Below the pieces are notes generated by a model, which saw only the letters and a program-made list of their open reading frames with translations, was not told the origin of the DNA and searched no databases. The position numbers and the translations under genes were made by a program. A stretch of 64,000 nt of DNA from Sphingobacteriales bacterium (lineage in GTDB: Bacteria > Bacteroidota > Bacteroidia > Chitinophagales > JADJOU01), in assembly GCA_021297855.1 (NCBI GenBank), contig JAJTHM010000010.1, forward strand, positions 30,446-94,445, given 5' to 3'. This document shows, one piece after another, positions 20,687-27,804 of this stretch. The number at the start of each line of letters is the position of its first letter. Position 1 is the stretch's first letter.

Positions 20687-22087
20687 ATGAAAAGAATAAA
20701 TCAATTATTTATTAAAAATATTGGACCATTCGATGAGGAAATGTTTGACTTTTCAATAGAGAAGGGACACCCAGACATACATATTTTTACTGGAAAAAAT
20801 GGAACTGGAAAATCAACACTTTTACATTCGCTAGCTAGTGCTTTTGATTGGTTTGAGAAAGATCATGAACAACATCGTTCAAATAATTTATTTAAAAAGT
20901 TTAAAGTGTTTGACGAAGATAATAAATCAATGGCTGAAAGCTATATTCATGTAAATCTAGAAGAAAATAATAGAATTATAGAAAAGGTATGTATTTATGG
21001 TTGTAAGAGTTGTAAAAATATTCATCAAAATTTCGAAAAGACAATAACAACCAATTCTACAATTTCAAAAACAGGCAATTCTTACAAAACTACTCCGAGT
21101 AATAAAGATTTGTTATCATACAAGAGTGCCATTAATGCAATCGATTTAACAAATAAAAAGTTTAGTTTTGCGGCTTTTGGATATTCTGGCTATAGACTAT
21201 TAGAAACTGAAAATATAGAAATAACAGATAAAGAAAAAGGAAATCCACTTCATCTAGCACTAGAGTTTAATAAAAGGAAAGACGATAGAGCTTTTAGTAT
21301 TTCCAATTGGATTGCATCGCGTTGGTCTAAAGCAGCTATTGAGGAAATCAGTGGAAATAAGGAAGGCGCAAACAAGATAAGGTTTGCCATAAATAGATTG
21401 ATAGAATGCATAAATAATTTTACAAACAACGATTATACGATTAAAATTGAAACAAATCCATGGAGAATTGGCATTAGCTATTGTGGCTCTATTTTAGAGT
21501 TTGATGTGCTTCCAGATGGACTTCGCTCTATTTTAAGTTGGTTAGGAGATTTATTAATGAGACTAGATGCTATTCCATGGGAAGAGAATAGTATCTCGAT
21601 AACAGAACAGAATATTATCCTTTTCTTAGATGAAATTGAAGTTCACCTGCATCCTACATGGCAGGATAAAATACTCCCACTGCTAAAAGAAATTTTACCT
21701 AATGCTCAAATCTTTATTACAACCCATTCACCATTTATATTAAATTCTATTGATAATGCTAAGATATATATGCTCAATAATGAAAATTGTGAAACAAGGT
21801 TGGAAAAAATTGTATTATCAGAAACAGGTGACTCATACCAATATGTTTATGAAAATATACTATACACAAAAAATATATTTGGACATGAAACAATTAAACT
21901 AATAGAAAGATTTAATGAAATTGATAAGGAGATTGTTCTATCTGATTTTTCAAATGAAAATGAATTTATTGATGTTATAGAAAAACTAAAATTGGATGGA
22001 GAAGAGGTTATGGCACTAGTTAGTTCAAAATTATTTAGACTTAAAAGAGTTATTGGTAAAGATTATTTAAATGGAAAAAATAACTAG
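20687..22087 (+). CDS. ptuA: ABC/AAA_21-type ATPase, PtuA-like (Septu defence)
   Basis: Walker A GKNGTGKS, signature LPDGLRS..SW.GDL, Walker B ILFLDEIEVHLHP.WQ, and ITTHSPF. AT-rich; overlaps the HNH gene. Confidence 0.8.
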   Translation: MKRINQLFIKNIGPFDEEMFDFSIEKGHPDIHIFTGKNGTGKSTLLHSLASAFDWFEKDHEQHRSNNLFKKFKVFDEDNKSMAESYIHVNLEENNRIIEKVCIYGCKSCKNIHQNFEKTITTNSTISKTGNSYKTTPSNKDLLSYKSAINAIDLTNKKFSFAAFGYSGYRLLETENIEITDKEKGNPLHLALEFNKRKDDRAFSISNWIASRWSKAAIEEISGNKEGANKIRFAINRLIECINNFTNNDYTIKIETNPWRIGISYCGSILEFDVLPDGLRSILSWLGDLLMRLDAIPWEENSISITEQNIILFLDEIEVHLHPTWQDKILPLLKEILPNAQIFITTHSPFILNSIDNAKIYMLNNENCETRLEKIVLSETGDSYQYVYENILYTKNIFGHETIKLIERFNEIDKEIVLSDFSNENEFIDVIEKLKLDGEEVMALVSSKLFRLKRVIGKDYLNGKNN

Positions 22088-22733
22088 ACCCAATTTAGAT
22101 ACAATTGCCGAATTAATTGAATTAAAAGATAATTGGGTTGCATGGGGGCAGGAATTTAAGTCCAAATTGGAAGCTGGAGGAAAAAGTTCTGATTTTTCTT
22201 GGAAAAGGAACATTAATAATCCTTTAGTTTCGATATTAACTAAATTAACATATAATCATTGCAATTTCTGTGATTCATATCTTGGGGAAAGCTCAACGTA
22301 TCAGTTAGAACATTACTATCCAAAAAATGAATTTCCATTATTATCATACAACTGGAGTAATTTATTTTTATGCTGTAATTTCTGCAATTCTAGCGCTAAT
22401 AAACAAAGAAGATTTATTGATAATCTTAAGCCAGACCATCCTGATTATTCCTTTGATTCTATTTTTTATTTTGATGCCTATACTGGTAAAATAGAAATTA
22501 TAGAAACTCTAGAAATTCAAAATAGCAATTTATTTTTAAAAGCTAATAATTATCTAATTCGCTACGGAATTAATAACGAAGATAATGAAAAAAACAAACG
22601 CTGTTTTTTAAGAAAAATGGAGTTTCAAAACATAAGAAATCATTTCAAAAATAAAAAAGATGATGATAGAGAAAGAGATGATTTTAAATTTAGATTCATT
22701 TATGATTGTGTAGGAAATTCAGAACTTATATAA
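22071..22733 (+). CDS. ptuB: HNH endonuclease, PtuB-like (Septu defence)
   Basis: HCNFCD...LEHYYPK...YNWSNLFLCCNFCN; 17-nt overlap with the ATPase gene. Confidence 0.8.
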   Translation: MEKITRPNLDTIAELIELKDNWVAWGQEFKSKLEAGGKSSDFSWKRNINNPLVSILTKLTYNHCNFCDSYLGESSTYQLEHYYPKNEFPLLSYNWSNLFLCCNFCNSSANKQRRFIDNLKPDHPDYSFDSIFYFDAYTGKIEIIETLEIQNSNLFLKANNYLIRYGINNEDNEKNKRCFLRKMEFQNIRNHFKNKKDDDRERDDFKFRFIYDCVGNSELI

Positions 22734-22742
22734 TCTCACCCC

Positions 22743-23660
22743 ATGCCAACCCTCACCTCATTTTTTTCTGACCACAAGCATCTTATAGCGAATAAGAAAC
22801 TCAAAGTTCGAGAACTTGATGAAGAGGCTATTGGAAATTTTGTCAGCTTTGTAGATGAAGGAAAGGAGTCTTTTGATGTGCATGTTTCTGTAGATGATAA
22901 CCATGAATTAATCAAACTCGAATGTGACTGTGAAAATAAAAAGCCCTGCTTACATCAGGTTTTTTTGGCAAAATATATTTCGGAGAAAAGGCAATTGTAC
23001 CCTGAAAAAATAAAACGAAAGTCTTCCAAAAAAACTCCTGAACATCATGTCCTCATTGACAACTTAGACGAAGTCAAACTAAGGGAATGGCTGAAAGATT
23101 TAATGGACAATAATAAAGCAGTCCGATTTGAGTTTTTACTTCAATTTAAAGAGAATTCATTTAGTGCAGAAGCAATAGAGCACAGAATGCTAGAAGCCAT
23201 AAGCTCCACGACCAATAATCGTAAAAAGCTGGATCAATTGCAAATCAAAAACCTACTCAATATCTTTGATAAAATAAATAAACCTATTTATGATAAAATC
23301 AAAGAGTCAAAGGATTTGAGGTCATCTATTTTATTGACAATAATGGTCTCTAAAATATTGAATAGTCACTATAATATGATTAAATCTAATTCAAAAAAAT
23401 ACGAGGCTTATCTAGATAATGTATTCCATTTGCTCAATACGCAATTTATAGAGGCATCTAGTGAAGTGTTTTCAAAGTCTATCGAAGAATTCATCCAAAA
23501 TGTACAAAGAGAAAGAAGCATAAAAACGCGTGCTTTTGACTATTTATATTTCTTGCGTGACCTAGTAGATACTAAAAAAAGACTACTATTGATGAGTCAT
23601 TTAAAGTTTATTGAATATTCCAAGCCATTTACTACACCCAATTACTCTGCTTCCTATTAA
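22743..23660 (+). CDS. SWIM zinc-finger family protein
   Basis: CDC....PCLH matches CxC...CxH, preceded by a beta-rich segment. Confidence 0.7.
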   Translation: MPTLTSFFSDHKHLIANKKLKVRELDEEAIGNFVSFVDEGKESFDVHVSVDDNHELIKLECDCENKKPCLHQVFLAKYISEKRQLYPEKIKRKSSKKTPEHHVLIDNLDEVKLREWLKDLMDNNKAVRFEFLLQFKENSFSAEAIEHRMLEAISSTTNNRKKLDQLQIKNLLNIFDKINKPIYDKIKESKDLRSSILLTIMVSKILNSHYNMIKSNSKKYEAYLDNVFHLLNTQFIEASSEVFSKSIEEFIQNVQRERSIKTRAFDYLYFLRDLVDTKKRLLLMSHLKFIEYSKPFTTPNYSASY

Positions 23661-23678
23661 CTTGTTAGATACTATCTT

Positions 23679-25484
23679 TTGAAATCATACCTGACCCTTC
23701 TCCGCCACGTTTTACCGCACAAAAAATTGCTCGGTTTTTTCATTCTTTTCAGTGTTTTGACTGTTATTTTTTCATTGGTCAGTTTAGTGATGCTTGTCCC
23801 CTTTCTAGAACTGCTGTTTGACAAAACACCGCTTGTTCTTGTAAAGCCAGACTTTAGTTTGTCCAAAACTTATTTTATAGATTCGTTCTATTATTTTCTT
23901 TCTACACAGATTCAGAATAATGGCAAAACAGCGGCACTTGCTTTTTTCTGTTGTGTGGTTTGTGTTGTTTTTTTACTGAAAAATTTATTTCGATATTTAG
24001 CCTTGTATGTCTTAGCTCCATTGAGGAATCATATGATCTATGACCTGCGAGATGCTATGTACCAGCGCTTGGTTCGACTGCCAATTTCGTTTTTCCAAAA
24101 GAATAGCAAGGGCGATATCATTACTAAATTCACCTCCGATTTGGGCGAAATAGAATACAGCATCATCAATACTTTGGAAACTTCTATCCAATCTCCTTTG
24201 AATATCTTTCTATTCTTAGCAGCCATGTTGACGATGAGCACGAAACTCACTCTTTTTGTCTTTGGCATGATACTCATCATGGCACTATTTATTGGACGAA
24301 TAGGTAAAAGCCTCAAAAAAGAAAGCAAGGAAGGAAAAGAAGTGACTGGCCGGTTGACATCAATTCTGGATGAAAGTATTTACGGTATAAAAATTATTCA
24401 GGCATTTTTTGCCCATAATTGGATTTATGCTAAGTTTAAAGAGCAAAATAAAAACTATTTTGACACCTACAATCGCATGTATCGCAAGCGAGACTTATCC
24501 TCTCCGTTAACCGAGTTTTTAGCTATCGGTGTAGTTTGCTTGGTCTTATGGTTTGGAGGACAAATTGTGCTCAATAATGAGGGACTCACTGCATCTACAT
24601 TTATTGCCTTTATGGTTGTATTTTCACAACTCATCCCTCCAGCCAAGAGCTTTTCATCGGCATTTTATGAAATCAAAAAAGGAATGGCTTCTTATGAAAG
24701 AATTCAAACTATTTTAGATGAAAACACGGTTGATTTTAATGAAGCAGGGCTTAAAAAAATAAATTTTGAATCCTCCCTTCAACTAGAAAATATTTCATTT
24801 CGTTATGAAAATTCGGAATCCGAGTCTGTAAAAAATTTAAGTTTCCACTTTGAAAAGGGAAAAAAATATGCCTTAGTAGGTCAGAGTGGTGCTGGCAAAA
24901 GCACGCTTATTGATTTGATTCTTGGGTTCTATCAACCCACTTCTGGCCATATAAAAATTGATGGGCTAGACATTCGAAAATTTTCGCTTGAATCCTATCG
25001 TGCTTTGTTTGGTTTAGTAACTCAAGAAGCTCTATTATTTAATGATACCGTAGATAATAATCTTTCCTTTGATCAACTCGACACAACTATGGCAAACCAA
25101 GCCTTAAAAATAGGCAATGCTACAGACTTTTCAAAACGATTAGGGAATCAACTTATAGGAGAACGCGGTGGCGTACTGAGTGGTGGAGAGAAACAGCGAT
25201 TGACCATAGCTCGTGTAGCCTATAGAAATCCAGAAATTGTTTTGCTAGATGAAGCCACTTCGGCACTCGATAGCCAGAATGAAGCTGAAGTTCAAAAAGC
25301 CTTGGATATTTTGTTAAAAAATAAAACGAGCATCATCATAGCGCATAGACTGAGTACGGTAAAAAATGCCGATTGCATTATTTTAATGAATCAGGGCGAA
25401 ATCTTAGCAACAGGAACACACGAGACGCTTTATGCCGAAAACACTAAGTATAAAAATATGGTGGACTTGCAGAGTTTGGGGTAA
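23679..25484 (+). CDS. ABC exporter, fused permease/ATPase (MsbA-like)
   Basis: Transmembrane domain plus GQSGAGKS, LSGGEKQR and LLDEATSALD. Confidence 0.9.
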   Translation: MKSYLTLLRHVLPHKKLLGFFILFSVLTVIFSLVSLVMLVPFLELLFDKTPLVLVKPDFSLSKTYFIDSFYYFLSTQIQNNGKTAALAFFCCVVCVVFLLKNLFRYLALYVLAPLRNHMIYDLRDAMYQRLVRLPISFFQKNSKGDIITKFTSDLGEIEYSIINTLETSIQSPLNIFLFLAAMLTMSTKLTLFVFGMILIMALFIGRIGKSLKKESKEGKEVTGRLTSILDESIYGIKIIQAFFAHNWIYAKFKEQNKNYFDTYNRMYRKRDLSSPLTEFLAIGVVCLVLWFGGQIVLNNEGLTASTFIAFMVVFSQLIPPAKSFSSAFYEIKKGMASYERIQTILDENTVDFNEAGLKKINFESSLQLENISFRYENSESESVKNLSFHFEKGKKYALVGQSGAGKSTLIDLILGFYQPTSGHIKIDGLDIRKFSLESYRALFGLVTQEALLFNDTVDNNLSFDQLDTTMANQALKIGNATDFSKRLGNQLIGERGGVLSGGEKQRLTIARVAYRNPEIVLLDEATSALDSQNEAEVQKALDILLKNKTSIIIAHRLSTVKNADCIILMNQGEILATGTHETLYAENTKYKNMVDLQSLG

Positions 25485-25635
25485 TTAAATGAGAGCAAAG
25501 AATATTTTTCTGATTCTAATTCTATTGGCTCTTGTCTTTGGAATTTATTTAGACTTCTCTTACAATTTCTCAGACCATCAATCCATATATAACGACATTA
25601 ATTTAAATTCAAAACTAGAATTCTGCATTTTTAAA

Positions 25636-25790
25636 CCCACATTACGCAATAGACTTTGACGAAGGAAAAGGATAGTGCGATAGGTGGTCTCGTTCAAAAA
25701 AACGAGACGTGATAGAGTTTTGGTCAGATATTCTAAAATATTGACCATAAAACTCTTATACGAATCCGCTTTTCTAATGCGGATTTTGGG
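25636..25790. mobile_element. Non-autonomous MITE-like insert 1 (155 bp between TTAAA direct repeats)
   Basis: TTAAA at 25631-25635 and 25791-25795. Imperfect terminal inverted repeats, 14/18 (ACCCACATTACGCAATAG at 25635-25652 vs reverse complement of 25774-25791). Internal hairpins; no coding capacity. Confidence 0.75.
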
Positions 25791-26019
25791 TTAAAAAAGC
25801 ACTAGTAGGTAAGAGAAAGCATTGCAAATACACTCGCTATATTTCCATCATAGATTTTACAAAACCTTCTACAGATAAGCGTTTCTATCTTTTAGATTTG
25901 AGAGAAAGGAAATTGCTTTTTCATTCCTATGTGGCGCATGGTAAAAATTCTGGCGAAAACTATGCTAGGCAATTTTCCAATAAAGAGGAATCTCTTATGA
26001 GCAGCTTAGGCTTTTATAA

Positions 26020-26141
26020 TACCGTAAGCGTATTAGTAATAGTCCAATGTCGCATGGCTCATTGCACTAAACAAATACAGCTACGGCATTTACCATAGCA
26101 AGGTTTTAAAATGGGTTGGACCATTTTAAAACCGCTATTGG
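26020..26141. mobile_element. Non-autonomous MITE/palindrome-like insert 2 (122 bp between TATAA direct repeats)
   Basis: TATAA at 26015-26019 and 26142-26146; ends read TACC...GGTA if the duplication is taken as TAA. Perfect 13-bp inverted repeat GGTTTTAAAATGG/CCATTTTAAAACC at 26102-26133. Confidence 0.72.
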
Positions 26142-26398
26142 TATAAGACAGGAAAAACTTATTATGGAAAGCATGGCTATTCGCTTAGATTGAAAGGATT
26201 ACAAGAAGGAGTTAATGACCAAGCAGAGAAGCGAGCTATTGTCATTCATGGAGCAGATTATGTCAGTAAAGAGTTTATTCAAAAACATGGACGTCTAGGT
26301 CGAAGCCATGGGTGCCCTGCACTGCCAAAGCATTTGGTCAAAGAGATTATAGATATAACAAAAGGCGGTAGTTGCCTGTATATATACTGTGAGAAAAA

Positions 26399-27796
26399 TT
26401 AAATAGAAAACTCTTGATGAATTTCAGGGATTTCTACAAAATCAAAGCCTACTTTTATCAACTTATTTTTAAAATTATTTTGAACTAGGTATTCGCCGTG
26501 TACTAGAAAAAATTTATCTACCTGTTTCGGATCTTGGCAGGATAGGTAGTGCAGCATATCTGAATAATCCCCATGAGCTGAAAATGACTTTATCTTTTTT
26601 ATCTGGGCTATTTTATTCATGTATTCGCCAAATATCTTGACCTTGGGATCCTCATTTAGCAGCCTAGCTCCTAGACTAAATGGCTCACAATATCCAACAA
26701 TGAGTATCGTATTTTTCTCTTGCTCGATATTATGGTAAATATGATGCTTTATTCTACCGAATTCGGCCATACCTGACGCCGAGATAATAATACAAGGACC
26801 TTTAAAATCATTTAGCGCTTGCGAATCTTTTCTTTCGCTGATATAGACTAGGTTTTTAAATCCAAATGGGTCTTCATCACCTTCCATCACTCCTAATATA
26901 TGCTTGTTATAACACTCCTTATGCTTTTTTGTTATTTCTGTAGCGGCTATAGAAAGAGGACTATCGACGAACACTCGTATCGGAGGAAGTTTCCCAGATA
27001 AATCCAATTTATTCAAGGCATAAACTATTTCTTGCGTTCTACCAACACTGAAAGCTGGGATAATAAGTTTGCCCTTATTTTTTACACACGTTTCCTGTAC
27101 AATATCATAAAACACTTGTTCATTTAAAGCTGCATCATCGTGCAATGAATCACCATAGGTACTTTCACAGATAATGATATCTGCTTGTGGGAATTTTTCT
27201 GGATTTTTCAACAGAGGGCTATTGTATCGCCCGATATCTCCTGTAAAGCAGATTTTTTTTGTTTTACCTTTATCTTCAATAGTTAGATTCACTGTACAGC
27301 TTCCCAAAATATGCCCTGCATCTGTATACAAGCAATGAACTCCTGGTATGACTTCGAATTGTTGATGTAATTTTCTGGTTACTAAAAGAGGTAAGGCTTG
27401 CTCTACATCTTTTAATGTGTACAAAGGCTTTACAAATTCCTTGCCAGTAGCCTCTCTTCTTTTATTAATAAATTTAGTATCCTCTTCTTGAATTTTGGCA
27501 CTGTCCTTCAATAAAATTTCTACCAGATCTGCGGTAGCAGGAGAACAATAGATTGGACCAGAGAAGCCCTCTTTGACTAGTCTTGGGATAAGCCCTGAAT
27601 GATCAATATGTGCATGAGATAAGACTAGTGCATCAATTTCCATTGGATTAAATCCAAAATGATTATTGAGTTGCTGCAACTCCTTTCCCCCCTGAAACAA
27701 CCCACAATCCAGAAGTACTTTTCTGTTATCCGAAAGGGTCAAAACGTGTTTACTACCTGTTACAGTTCTTGCTGCACCATGAAAGGATAATTTCAT
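26399..27796 (-). CDS. Metallo-beta-lactamase fold hydrolase of the beta-CASP RNA-processing family
   Basis: VTGSKH, LLDCGLFQG, SHAHIDHSG, AGHILGS, FTGDIG, CESTYG, PAFSVGRTQE and FSAHGD motifs. Confidence 0.92.
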   Translation of the reverse strand: MKLSFHGAARTVTGSKHVLTLSDNRKVLLDCGLFQGGKELQQLNNHFGFNPMEIDALVLSHAHIDHSGLIPRLVKEGFSGPIYCSPATADLVEILLKDSAKIQEEDTKFINKRREATGKEFVKPLYTLKDVEQALPLLVTRKLHQQFEVIPGVHCLYTDAGHILGSCTVNLTIEDKGKTKKICFTGDIGRYNSPLLKNPEKFPQADIIICESTYGDSLHDDAALNEQVFYDIVQETCVKNKGKLIIPAFSVGRTQEIVYALNKLDLSGKLPPIRVFVDSPLSIAATEITKKHKECYNKHILGVMEGDEDPFGFKNLVYISERKDSQALNDFKGPCIIISASGMAEFGRIKHHIYHNIEQEKNTILIVGYCEPFSLGARLLNEDPKVKIFGEYMNKIAQIKKIKSFSAHGDYSDMLHYLSCQDPKQVDKFFLVHGEYLVQNNFKNKLIKVGFDFVEIPEIHQEFSI

Positions 27797-27804
27797 TAAT
27801 TAGT

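Larger units (their letters stand above)
25489..26402 (+). pseudogene. Murein L,D-transpeptidase catalytic-domain family gene (YkuD_2-like), interrupted by two inserts
   Basis: Three segments (25489-25634, 25795-26019, 26147-26402) join into a 208-aa ORF: hydrophobic N-terminus, IIDFTKPSTDKRFYLLDL, VAHGKNSG, FSN..ESLMSSLGFYKTG.TY.GKHGYSLRL.GL, RAIVIHGADYV and GRSHGCPAL. The ORF track shows only parts (25898-26098, 26190-26402). Confidence 0.9.

Noticed and set aside
20687-22733. Type I-A retron (PtuA/PtuB + RT + msr-msd)
   Set aside because: No reverse transcriptase ORF in the window, and the flanking gaps (16 and 9 nt) cannot hold an ncRNA.
20671-22742. Attachment sites or target duplication around ptuAB
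   Set aside because: Only the shared stop-codon context TATAA; too short and common to count as evidence.
25635-25791. CRISPR array or retron msr-msd in the hairpin-rich region
   Set aside because: No repeat-spacer periodicity, no cas or RT genes, and the hairpins sit inside an interrupted gene.
25631-26146. Canonical group I intron(s) or IStron
   Set aside because: U|...G| boundaries are possible and short AGACU / AUAGUCC strings resemble P7 elements. But they lie in different inserts, each insert is too short for a P3-P9 core, and inverted/direct repeats explain the ends more simply. Kept only as an alternative hypothesis.
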